A stretch of DNA of 64,000 nucleotides, from the NCBI GenBank assembly GCA_965649765.1, contig OZ287752.1:26350001-26414000 (forward strand). Direction: 5' to 3'. Below are positions 51,292 to 63,682 of the stretch, piece after piece (the first letter of the stretch is position 1; each line of letters begins with the position of its first letter). The notes under the pieces were generated by a model, which made no database searches, was not told the DNA's origin, and was given only the letters and a program-made list of their open reading frames with translations. This stretch comes from Bispira polyomma (lineage: Eukaryota). The position numbers were made by a program, and so were the translations under genes.

Positions 51292-53505
51292 TTATGACAA
51301 TTTACGTCCAGTGGATGATTCATAAATAACCTTGAACCCCTTCCTGATGAAGTCAAAGAATTCATACTCGAGTTTTATAGCATTATTCTTCATTAGTACC
51401 TCCCTGGCTTCTACACTGGTCTTTGGACCTTTGAATTCTCTCTTGTGGCGATAACCTGGATTTTTGTGGTCAAGATATGTGTGTGTTTGTACTGCACTTT
51501 TGAAGAACTGTGGCAACAACACTTCTGCTACTTCCAGAAACTGGACAAACTTTTCTACATGTCCCACTACAGCAAATTCTGTCAGCACGTTCTTGATGGC
51601 CAGGTTGAGGGCATGTCTCGTGGGTGTTTGACACAGATAGTGTTGTCCACAGAAATGTGGGATGATGGTCCAGATAAACCTGACATCAGTACACTCAGGG
51701 TCAAAGGTCAGAACACACTCGTCAAATGTCATGTTGTGTCTTCTCTGGGCATCTGCTTTGTCTGCATCTTTGAAGAAGTCTGCCACAACCTTTCCCCAGT
51801 AGGTGATAATGTTCTCTGTTAAATTCACGGTCCTACGCAAGTAATAATGAGATTCTAATTTATCAATGGGATCTCTGACAATATTGACGTAAACTGGGTC
51901 AAGGTTGTAGCCTTCTTTTGTGAAATTAATATAGTTTAAATGTTTGGTAAACAGCCAGGGTTCCTTTAGGCTCAGTAGACCGTGAGCGGTAGTTCTTATG
52001 CTTTTTTTGCTGATATGATAATTAGCTATAATGTACGTCTCGGTGAAGTCTTTGCTTACGGTGTAGTGATTGGCTTTCGACAGGTTATTGAGGAGGAGAC
52101 GCATGGACTTGCTTCCACATCTAGGCACCATGTTATAAAAGACCTGTTTTGCAGAAGAGACATTCTTCTTGTTAACCTTCAATAAATCCCATTGTGGAGC
52201 CATCAAAGTTTGAACAGATACCTTTTGGAAAAAAACCAATAAAATATCAAATGTTTATGCTCATATGTACATTCTTTTATCTAAAATAATATGTGACACT
52301 ATCTTATTTTGCTTATACAATGTACTGAGAAAACCTACTCCAGAGTTGCTGAAAAATGCAAACCTTAAGTTACATACCTAACAATAGCAGAATATTATAG
52401 CTTAACAGAGAACTATTATAACAGCCATATAAAGCCTAAAAAATGTGTACACTGGAAGCAATTTATTTATAAAGCAATATGTTTACCTCCTTTTGTGTAC
52501 ATGGATCATCCTTATCAAACGCAAGAAAAGCAACAGACAAAATTACCAAAGATAACCCAACAACAATCTAATCTAATCTAATCTAGTCGTACATTTATAG
52601 CGCTTAATCTTTGTACAACAAATTCTAAGGCGCAACAAACCCAAAACGTTAATCGCAAATCAAAAATAGTGGGCGGATGGAAGTCGTAACCAGGGAGACT
52701 ACCGTAAATGGTTGCGACGGCTAAGGTGGAAAAGCTTGTTCAAAAAGATAAGCCTTCAGCTTACTCCTGAAGAGGAGAAAGTTTGAGCCAGGCGAACATG
52801 ATCAGGTAGGCTGTTCCAAATGAGGGGGCCATCATGAGCTAGGCAGTGATTGAACTGAACTTTGGATTTGTGGATGCGAGGGTCGAAAGTGGGAATGTTA
52901 AGGTATAATTTATCAGGTTTACTGCGCCTTGTCCTGACTGAGCATGTATATTTGGATAGATGGGGGCTAAAATAAGTGGGTAATCCAGAATTTAGAAATT
53001 TATATATTATTGTTGCTGTTTTGAAAGCAACACGATATTTTATTGGGAGCCAGTGCAGTGACTTGAGTACAGGAGTAATGTGGGAAAATTTAGATGTTTT
53101 GGTCACAATACGTGCCAATGAGTGTTGGATATTCTGAAGGCGTCTGAGATCACTACGAGATAAGGAACGAAACAGAGAGTTGCAGTAATCAAGCCTGCTG
53201 CTGACCAAAGCATTGGCAACAGTGATTGCAGTGGATTTGGAAAGATAGCATTGTCCAAACCATATTATAAATATGTTTAGAAGTCACACACCCTTGCTTA
53301 CACAAGAATGACAAACGATAATTATAATAACATTAGAACCTGTTGAGTTTCACTTAAATACTTAAATATTTGTAAAGGGGAACAAGAGATAAATACTCAC
53401 CTTATTTGATGTAAATATGTTTTTGTTATCCTTAGTAAAGAAAACATAAACAATAAACACAGTTGCCAATAAGATAAAGGGAACATATTTTCCAATTAAT
53501 TTCAT
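51292..53505 (-). CDS. Gene D: chimeric 2-O-sulfotransferase-like, 344 aa
   Basis: B-type anchor exon 53505-53401 MKLIGKYVPFILLATVFIVYVFFTKDNKNIFTSNK (donor GTGAGT) plus E-type catalytic exon 52221-51292; frame open. Confidence 0.85.
52566..53240 (-). mobile_element. L2 family 2, 5'-truncated, in the gene D intron
   Basis: SRLDYCNSL...HITPVLKSLHWLPI; (ATTAG)n tail. Confidence 0.95.
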
Positions 53506-54509
53506 GGTTAGTTCTGATTCTCGAGTAGCTACTAGAAACACATACAAATATTAAAATGATAAAAATCCATATTTTGTACTGATACAGAGATGTTCAGTAA
53601 GCACGTTCACAGAGTGTTTGCAAAAAAAACAACAATACTAAATGCCAATGTCATTAGAGTCTGGGTTTCTTTATTGATATATTGACAAAATGCATCGTCC
53701 GACATATTTTAAAACCTGTCATTAATTTAAAGACACATGTTTGCAAGCACATCTACCGACTGGTTCACCCAATTTAATCCAATTTTTATCTGACATATAA
53801 CATATGCCCTACAAATAGTTTTAAGGCCACATATACACACACACAATCAGATTACAATCACATTAAAATAATACAAAAACGTTATCAGATTTTATCCCTT
53901 TTACAATTTTTAAAAGGTTAAGAATTTCAATAATGACATGCCAAGAAATTGCATACAATCTAGTTTTCCTAGGTATAAACTTAACAGTGTGGCTATTTCT
54001 GAGTGAAATTGAGAGAAGTTGTCTTTGAGTATGATAGCTCCTGAGCATATATCTTGGCAGAGCTCATTAATCCATAGAGATACAGCCATTCTTTTGACCA
54101 CAGTTTTTGTTAGTAGTTGCTTGGATGAGCATAAAGTCAGTAAGCTAATCATCAGGTTTCAAATACTCTGTCATATTCTTCACATTCACAATTAGATAGA
54201 AGGACCCATATGACAGAGTGTGTCAAAAGAAATATGCTTGATTCAAATTAAATGATGTGTTGAAATTAGTCATTTTTACATAGAGAGTCACAAATGGTCA
54301 TCGTCATGTAATGAGCACTTTGAGTACCACAACAGAGGAAGATGTGGTGTATAACAATGCAATACTACCTTGTACCATTTTTGCCCATAGAAGGAAATTT
54401 AAAAATTGAAGCTTTCCTGAGGCAGTTTATGGTAAGTAAAACAGATGTTAGATTTAGATTTGTTTTGGGATTCAGTTGTCAGATTTCTAAACTGCAAACC
54501 GGCCTTCCC

Positions 54510-54542
54510 ACATACATACATACATACATACATACATACATA
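54510..54542. repeat. (CATA)8 microsatellite
   Basis: Read directly. Confidence 0.9.
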
Positions 54543-55434
54543 GGGCCATACATAGGGACATAGATTGGAAACCCTCAACTGCAGAATCGAGAAGTGATTA
54601 CCTCTACATCAACAGGGTCTCCAGCAGGGATGAGATCTGTAACTAGTAAAACATATTTCACTAGGAAGACTAAGAATTGCCTCTACAGACTACCATATTG
54701 CAATCTTTTCGAATTAAGTGGGCATTGTCTTTCCAGGTAGGACATTTTTTTTTCCTTATTTTACCTATCATGTAAAACAGCTGGTTTCTTGCATTATGTA
54801 TTCAAATTGGTATTCAACATCTTTTACAATGCATTTTCACTAAACTAACGTTTTCTTAACTGCCTAGCTACAACCAACTGGCACCAGTAACTGTCATTTC
54901 TCTAAATGAAAAGTGAGACTTAACGATAACTATTTCTCAACATCACTGAGTTAACTAACCTTCCACTGGAGATAGGCACCCAGCAATAGAGGACCACCAT
55001 TTCAAATGGAGGTCCGAGCTATCTGCCTGTACCTTTTCAAAACTGGCGGGAATGGAACCCAGGTCCTCTGTGAGTGTGATAGCTACTAGGACCAAGTGGC
55101 AGATATTTACTTCTATAATATTTCTAGTCTCTGAAAACAGACTCTTTGTAACACTTTACAGGATGAGACAAATCTTAAATAGTAATCAGACAATTTGGGG
55201 GTTAAAATTTATCTTGTGGTGATATATTATGCTACCCGCTGCAGAATTACATAGAACAAACTAACAAAGTTATTGCCAAATGTAAATAGTAATTGTAACA
55301 TGCTATGGCAATATAGCCATATTTATCAGTAGTTAAAGCAAATACTTTGTTTCAAATCTAGTATACCTGTTGTAGTTGATTGGGATCAATGCATGGACTT
55401 TTTATGTGATTCCCTGATTTACACTTAGAGCAGT

Positions 55435-57885
55435 ATCTAATCTAATCTAATCTAGTCGTACATTTATAGCGTTTAATCTTTGTACAACAAATTCTAAGGC
55501 GCAACAAACCCAAAACGTTAATCGCAAATCAAAAATAGTGGGCGGATGGAAGTCGTAACCAGGGAGACTACCGTAAATGGTTGCAACGGCTAAGGTGGAA
55601 AAGCCCGTTCAAAAAGATAGGCCTTCAGATTACTCCTGAAAGAGGAGAAAGTTTGAACCAGGCGAACATGATCAGGTAGGCTGTTCCAAATGAGGGGGCC
55701 ATCATGAGCTAGGCAGTGATTGAACTGAACTTTGGATTTGTGGATGCGAGGGTTGAAAGTGGGAATGTTAAGGTATAATTTATCAGGGTTACTGCGCCTT
55801 GTCCTGACTGAGCATGTATATTTGGATAGATAGGGGCTAAAATAAGTGGGTAATCCAGAATTTAGAAATATATATATTATTGTTGCTGTTTTGCTGTTTT
55901 GAAAGCAACACGATATTTTATTGGGAGCCAGTGCAGTGACTTGAGTACAGGAGTAATGTGGGAAAATTTAGATGTTTTGGTCACAATACGTGCCAATGAG
56001 TGTTGGATATTCTGAAGGCGTATGAGATCACTACGAGATAAGGAACGGAACAGAGAGTTGCAGTAATCAAGCCTGTTGCTGACCAAAGCATTGGCAACAG
56101 TGATTGCAGTGGATTTGTAATGTAAATGTAAAACCGTCATGGATTCTGGTAATTTTATCAGTGAAAAAAGTACTAAAAATGTTTGCCAGTGATTTGCTAT
56201 TGGAATTTTCGGGTAGTATAGTCTGTTTTTTACGGTGGAGGGTGTTATTTAGTTTTTGCCAAAGTTTCTTCGGGTCACCCTCGCTTTGTGATATCATGTT
56301 AGCATAGTAGGCACGTTTTGAGTCATTTATAGTGTTGTTGCACCGGGTGATCCATTGGCGTAGTCTAGATCTATTTGTAGTAGTTTTGTTTCGGCGCCAT
56401 GTTCGTTCGGCTTGTCTGCGCAGCATCTTCATTTCACAATAATTACTGGTGATCCACTCAGGTGCAGGCTTCTTCAATGTCTTTGATTTACATGGCGCAT
56501 GGCGTTCTATAAGAGACTGCAGGTCAGTGCAGTACTGTGTGAAAAGGTCAGTGGCATTATCAGCAGGAGACTTGATGAAGGCCGTATCTGCCAACTCTCG
56601 TCTAAGGTCAGACATATTGATTTTTTGAAATTGCCGAAAAGTGATTTGTGTGACATCAAAAGATGGTGGGGAGGTAGCATCAATTTCACAGGATATTGAA
56701 AAATGATCACTGATGCAACCAATGTTTTTTATGTTTCTGATACCATTGAAATCAGTCGGAGTTAGCAAGCAGTCTAGTGTATGCCCATGAATATGGGTAG
56801 GGAAGTTTATGTGTTGGGTAAGATTGCAAGATTCCAAAACTGTGGAAAACTGATTACTATTTCCAGATGCGGTGTCTATGTGAATATTGAAATCCCCACA
56901 GAATACAGTAGGAGAGGGTAACGAGCAAGTAAACCCAATAAAAGACATGAATTCTTCGAAAAATGTAGTGAGATTTGAGCCAGGAGGCCGATAAACTGTT
57001 GCAAAATTTAAACACTGCTTTTTCCAGTGAGCAGAGACAAGGATGAGTTCGAAAGATGTAAAACTTGGTGTAGCAACTAATCGACATTCATAGTTTTTCT
57101 TAATAAAAAATCCCACCCCCCCCACCCTGTTTACCTACACGAGGGGTATGGAATAGCTGAAAGTCAGCTGGGGTAAGTTCAGAGAGGAATGATGGAGTAT
57201 CAGAACTCCTAATGTGTGTTTCTGTGATGCCGAAAATATCTATGGAGGATGAGTCGATCAAATCGGCTATGACAGGGCCTTTATTCCGCAACGAGCGGGC
57301 ATTTCCAAATCCGAACTGATTTGGGCCAGGGTTACTCGCAATATCACCTGCCAGTAGGATAGTAATGAGTTTGAATGTTTTAGCCTTTGGTAGGTAATTG
57401 ACTGGGCAGAATTTAGATCGAAAATAACAGTGTGTATGAAGGGACCAGAAGTGTGGAACAGGATTGCAAGACAAATTAATGTCTTCCAGGTGGTACTGCA
57501 TTGACAATGTATCAGATAGTTTTAAGTTGTTGCGGTAACAGAACGTAAGGAATGACAGGTACAAGATGGCAGCCCTAATGGCAAACATATTGTAAGGGGA
57601 GGAGTGAAAAAACAATATTGAACAAAAGTAAAAGTGTAAAAAGAAAAAGCAATTCGGAGCAAAACAAGGAATAAAATATTGCGTGAGGATACAAAAGGGC
57701 CAAGCGCTAAAAGTAAACGTGATGGTACAAAAAAAGGGGTACCAAGCACAAAAAACAGAAAACAATATATAGTGGTAATAGTCGATAATAGGGGATAGTT
57801 TTCAGTATAACCCCAAATTAAAAAAATAAGAGATGTTGTACAAAGACTAAGCATAAAAATAATCACACAAGTTTTAATCAATTGA
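55435..57885 (-). mobile_element. L2 family 2 element with 5' region, 2A-like motif and APE endonuclease; RT deleted
   Basis: LLAGDIASNPGP, NARSL, ITETH, GGGVG, YRPP, GDFN, THIHGHTLD, SDH; then DKITRIHDGF is fused at ~56130 to the C-terminal NRLDYCNSL; (ATTAG)n tail. Confidence 0.93.
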
Positions 57886-58029
57886 TTCTAATTCGAAGGT
57901 TTAATCAATAACAAGAACAGTCATTGTAAGATTTTAGACCGTGTGTTTGCCAGGTGTAATGTAGAATCACAGAATAGGAATATTTTTAAAAAAAAAAACA
58001 TCAGGCCACAAAGTCACAGCTCCAAAAGA

Positions 58030-59462
58030 ATAGACAAATTCAGGATTTAGTAAAAATGAGAAAGCCTATGGAATGAAAATACAAAATATTCCATGTCTGT
58101 ATAGAACAGAGACAACCACAGCATGGCTGAAAAAACTATATGATAAAATCTGGCAGGACGAAGAAACTCCAAAAGAATGAAGGAAAGTGATATTAATAGC
58201 TCTGACAAAAAAGGAGATGTCAGTAAATGCTGAAGAGGTGTAACCTTGCTATCTGTGCCAAGCAAAATACTAGGAAGCATAATGAACCTACAAGGATCTT
58301 GGTCACTGTTGACCAACACTTAAGAAAATAACAGGCAGGCTTTAGAAAAGGACGAAGAACAACTGACCAAATATTCGTTCTGATAAACATAGTTGACCAA
58401 AGCATAGCATGGCAAGCGCCTCTATACATCAACTTTATCGAAAAAGCATTTGATAGCATCCACAGAGAAACATTATGGAAAACACTAGAGTTGTATGGGG
58501 TACCACCAAAAATAACCAATGTGATCAAGAAACTATATGAAAAAGCAAAGTATGCGTAATGTACAACAGTAACACTTATAGAATTATTAGCAGTATGTCT
58601 GGATTCCTCTTCTTAATTGCACTAGACAGGGTCATGAGAAACAGCACAAAATGGAAAAATACTGGTACAAGAAGGAAATTCACAACCTATAAGATCTGAT
58701 TTTGCTGACAACATCACAATACTATCCAGTAGACATAAAGACAGATAGAGTCAAAGAATGGGCCGAAAAAGTAAGACTAAAAATAAATAAAAGAAAAACC
58801 GAGTGAATGAGAATCAATACAAAATTAGACAAAAAACTAGAAAAAACAACAACAAAGAAATTGAAGATTGCAGCGAGTTCATATATCTGAGAGCCAAAAT
58901 AAACACAAATGGAGGAGCCAGTGAAGATATAAATACTAAACTATAACAAGACAGGAACGCATTCGCAGTCAAGTTCGGAAATAAAACATCTACAACAAAG
59001 CTAACCAAGGTGAAGATCTATAAAATAAATGGGAAATCAATCTTACTATATGGATAAGCATGCTGGAAAACAACAAAAGCGGATGTAAAGACATGCGAAA
59101 CGTTCTAAAATAGATGTCTGAAAAGAATTCTAAAAATATCCTGGCCAACAAAATTACCAATCAACACCTTTTAGAAAAAACAAAAGTAAAGTCAATGGAA
59201 ATTAGTATAAGAAAAGGAGATGAAAACACATAGGCCACAAGAACAGAAAATGGTATGAAAGTGGCAATGACATGGGCCCCATAAGGAAAAAGAAAAAAAG
59301 GAAGACCCAGAGAAACATGGAGGAGGACAGTAAAAAGAGAGAGAAGAGAGATGGGGTGGTCCAACTAGAAAGAAGCAGAGGCTGTAGCCAAAGACAGACC
59401 AAGGTGGAAAAGAGTGCTTGTCGTCTGATGTTCCAACAGGGGCGAAGATAAAAAGTAAGTAG
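58030..59462 (+). mobile_element. Degenerate RTE-clade LINE
   Basis: GVTLLSVPAK, QAGFRKGRRTTDQIF, EKAFDSIHRETLW, YGVPPKI, DFADN, RKKGRP-ETWRR; TAAG-like tail. Confidence 0.88.
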
Positions 59463-60099
59463 AAAACATTGTAATATTGTGTTCAGTAACAAATATAGTT
59501 GACCACCAGGCTTGATACCAATAATACAAAAACATGACATTTAAATTATTTGACAATAAAGGCCAATTTTAAATACATTGTTTCTTCATTCTATACAAAA
59601 TGAAACCTTTCGGTTTGACTTTTAACCCTTCTCTTTTTACTATTTTATGAATGCATATAGAGTGAAGTCCGTAGGTTTTGTTGGATCTTTAACAAGTACA
59701 TTCTAGATTAAACAAATTCGACAGACCACAAAAAATATGGACATTTTCCTTGCATTGTCGTAATGTTGAGAACAGGACTACATTATAAAACTAAAGCCAA
59801 AACAAAAGGATCCACTTATATAATTAATGATAGTAAGCACCAGCCCATTGTGGGTTTTGAATAGTTGTTAAAAGGCAGAATTACATACCTCTGCCAGACA
59901 CTATTTGTCCCAAAAAAATAAAAACAGTTCATGAATCCACCTTCTATCAAGATCCAGGGTCATAGACTCGTTGGAAACTGAAGGTGGCCAGCAGGGCCAG
60001 TAACTTTTACACTTTAGTGGCCTGTATGAATATAAAGTGGCCTTTAAAATTTTCTAATTCTGATACGCCATTACGGTACCCATGATAAAAAAAATCAGG

Positions 60100-60313
60100 A
60101 CTATTAAGACTAAAGAATCTAGAATTGGCCACTGTATCTGAAATTGGCCACCTCTAAAAGTTAAGCTAAATCAATAAAAACTGGTGAAATATAACTGGAA
60201 TGTGGTTAAGTAAGACTAAAAAGTCACAAAATTCGGCCAAAAACACAACATTTTCTAGGTGGCCAATATCAGATACAGCGGCCAATTTTAGATTCCTTAA
60301 TCCTTACTCTAGT
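60100..60313. mobile_element. Small fold-back MITE
   Basis: GAATCTAGAATTGGCCACTGTATCTGAAATTGGCCACCT is inverted at AGGTGGCCAATATCAGATACAGCGGCCAATTTTAGATTC. Confidence 0.8.
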
Positions 60314-61790
60314 ATCTTTCCATAAAATTCACCAAAAGTCCATATATAATATGCAGCGTCCATTCTAGGAATTTCAAAATGTGGGGGCACTTCCCCACTG
60401 TCACTGAAAAAGTGGGGGAATGCAATTTCAAATGGGGGACAAAAGTAAGCAATTTAGCCAATATAAAAATTCATCAAATAAATTTATGCTGTCCATTTAT
60501 GCTGTCCATTTATGCTGTCTGATATATGCATCTGATGTGCAATACAAAAAAAACAAAAAACTTCCCCTTTATGGTTGCTAGGGTTTGAATAAATTATACA
60601 CTGTTTTTATGTGGTTACAAATCCACTCGCTAGGTGGCGCTTGGAATTTGCTAGAAGAAAGCTAGTCGTTTATTGATTGTCACAGGACAACTCCTCGATT
60701 TTGAACTAATGAAAATGTAGCATACAAACAGCCACTGTATTTTAATATTTTAGAAGCTGCACAGAGTGAGATATGTGGTTGTTTTGTTTACAAATGGCCT
60801 AATCCGCAATTGAAGGAAATGTTATAAAATAAAGCCGATAAAAGGTATTTTATTGCTTTAAATCGTTGCAGGACACGTGGACTTCGAATCCTGTATATCG
60901 CTCATGCGCTGAAGTAATAAAAATGCGTTTTTTATTTGGGTAGTGGTTTCATTTAGCGATCGCGAAAACCGGAAGTAAGCAAACTTCTTCGAGAACGGCT
61001 TTTGTCTTGTCACCTCCAGATCTAAATCGTCAGCCAGGCGACCTCGAAATATGTTTTACTTATCGAAATAAAGTCGCCACTGGCGAGTTCGCGACTGCGA
61101 ATTTTTGCCCCTGAAGATCCACTACAAAATAATTTTTTTCTTTCATAAATTTTTCTTTGGCCCATTATTTATATGTAAAATAATGTTAAGTTTGAGATCT
61201 GTTGTCTAAATGTTAAATAAAAGCAATACTTTTTATTGATTTTTATTCCATAAGAGTAATTTCAGTATTTTTAGCTTTTATACAATACAAAACAAGTTCA
61301 GTGTAACAGCAGAAATACACAGCCATCTTTTAGGCTCATATGTCAATTTTAAACTCGAACAACACATTGTAAATTCATAACAATTGAGACTTGGTTTATT
61401 ATGATTTTGTAAATTTTTAGGTTTGTAGCCAAAAAAGCAATAGCACAGAATGGTAATAAACAATAATACTATGGTAAAACTTGGAAGTTGAGTGCATATG
61501 TAGTTCATATATTCCAAGATTTCTGAACAAAAATGGAATTAAGTAAAAAGTATCATTTCATCTTACATTGTATTATTTTTATGTTTAATTCCTGAATGAA
61601 ATTTCTTTATAAAATTAAATGCTTAAGGGTTGATTTACGTGTGGTTAGGACTGGAGTCTGTGTCTGGACACAGATTGTGGTGCTTTAGAAGTTAACATTA
61701 ACATTAACAATGTACAAACCAACTCTATATGGTATATTACTCCATATAATTGGTTCAATGTGTGCTATTAACACATGTGTAATGTCCTAT

Positions 61791-63165
61791 TTATGACAAT
61801 TTGCGTTCAGTGGATGATTCATAAATAACCTTAAACCTCTTCCTGATAAAGTCATAGAATTCATACTCCAGCTTTATTGCATTATTCTTCATCAGTACCT
61901 CCTTGGCTTCTACACTTGTCTTTGGACCATCGAATTCTCTCTTGTGGCGATAAGCTGGAATTTTATGGTCAAGATATTTGTCCATTTCTACTGCACCTTT
62001 GAAGAACTGTGGCAACAACACTTCTGCTACTTCTAGAAACTGGACAAACTTTTCTACATGTCCCACTACAGCGAAATCCGTCAGCACATTCTTGATGGCC
62101 AGGTTGAGGGCATGTCTTGTTGGCGTTTGACACAGGTAGTGTTGTCCACAGAAATGTGGGATGATGGTCCAGATAAACCTGACATCAGTACACTCAGGGT
62201 CAAAGGTGAGGACACACTCGTCAAATGTCATGTTGTGTCTTCTCTGGGCATCTGCTTTGTCTGCATCTTTGAAGAAGTCTGCCACAACCTTTCCCCAATA
62301 GGTGATAATGTTCTCCGATAAATTTGCGGTCCTACGCAAGTAATAATGAGATTCTAATTTATCAATGGGATCTCTGACAATATTGATGTAAACTGGGTCA
62401 AGGTTGTAGCCTTCTTTTGTGAAATTAATATAGTTCAAGTGTTTGGTAAACAGCCAGGGTTCATTAAGGCTAAGTAGACCATGAGCAGTGGTTCTGATGC
62501 TTTCTTTGCTGATATGATAATTGGCTATAATGTACGTCTCGGTGAAATCTTTGCTTACGGTGTAGCGATTAACTTGCGACAGGCTATTGAGGAGGTAACG
62601 CATGGGCTTGCTTCCACATCTAGGCACCATGTTATAAAAGACCTGTTTTGCAGAAGAGACATTCCTCTTGTTAACCATCAATAAATCCCATTGTGGACCC
62701 ATCGTAAATTGAGCAGATTCCTTCAAAAAACAAACAATAAAAGAATAAAATTTTATGCTCATATGTACATTCTTTGATGTACAATACGCATCACCAAAAA
62801 TATAAAATTTCAAAAGGGACCAATTTATTTTTAGCTCTAATAAATGGCTACAAGGCTGCACATTCTGAACTATAATCAGTTGACGTCATTTAATTTTACT
62901 AATACCGATGCAGTTTTATTAAGTTGCTGGCAATGCAAACCTTGAGTTACATACTTAACAATAACAGAATCTAATAGCTTAATAGAGAACTGTGGAAACT
63001 GATATAGTAAGCCTTGTAGAATTTGTACACTAGAAGGAATTTATATACAAAAGCAAATATATTTACCTCTTTTTGTGTACTTGGATCATCCTTATCAAAG
63101 ACAAGAAAAGCAACAGACAAAATTATCAGAAGAAATAATAGGAACGATTTAAACCTGAACTTCAT
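61791..63165 (-). CDS. Gene E: 2-O-sulfotransferase-like, 342 aa
   Basis: Anchor exon 63165-63067 MKFRFKSFLLFLLIILSVAFLVFDKDDPSTQKE (donor GTAAAT) plus catalytic exon 62720-61791 (acceptor TTTTTTGAAG). Confidence 0.9.
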
Positions 63166-63519
63166 GTTGATGCCATATTTACCAAACAAAGCTCAATAGA
63201 CGTATTTACACAAGTTTATTAGTCACCGACAATCTACACCAAGAAAGCAAGAAGAATGTATATTAGAATTCAATACATACATATTGTTTTTACACATTTA
63301 GATTTTGATGCACATTCTGTACAAGATTGTATTTTAGCAGATGATGTCTGTGCTTAAACAGTATGACTGATTGGAGTTGTGTAGTTATTGATATATTGAC
63401 AACTGTAACATCAGTTTAGAATAGCTTACCGTCCATTCTTGCTTAGTGATATAAGCGCCATTGTTTTCATGGACCATTATACTATATAGCTTAGACATTT
63501 ATTTATTTTAGTCATATAC

Positions 63520-63682
63520 ACAGGTAAAATCAAAATTTCAATCTCGCCTAGGCAGATTTAAAATTAGGAGATTAAAATTCAACTAGATATATTTAGAAAA
63601 TTTAAATTTTGCCCAGGCGACATTAAAATTTGATTTTGCCAAGGCAAGATAAAAATTTTGATTTCGCTTAGGCAAGATAAAT
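63520..63682. repeat. ~28-bp imperfect repeats AAAATTTTGATTTCGCCTAGGCAAGAT, probably a transposon subterminal
   Basis: Four recognisable copies, each with a near-palindromic GCCTAGGC core. Confidence 0.6.

Larger units (their letters stand above)
42274..63133. repeat. Older tandem triplication (units ~42274-46486, ~46487-52555, ~52556-63133)
   Basis: Collinear landmarks in all three units: B-type anchor exon, GATGTAATGT block (43781/48075/57954), TTTATACAATAC-A-ACAAGTTCA (44350/48555/61277), E-type catalytic exon, 3' half of the E anchor exon. Confidence 0.85.

Noticed and set aside
59992-61113. CAGGG...CCCTG ends as one hAT element
   Set aside because: TIR match is weak, no 8-bp TSD, and the interior is a mosaic of unrelated MITE pieces.
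62721-62861. Long N-terminal extension of the gene E ORF (356 aa), and similar intronic starts in D
   Set aside because: Read-through into intron; a clear acceptor and a separate anchor exon explain the gene.
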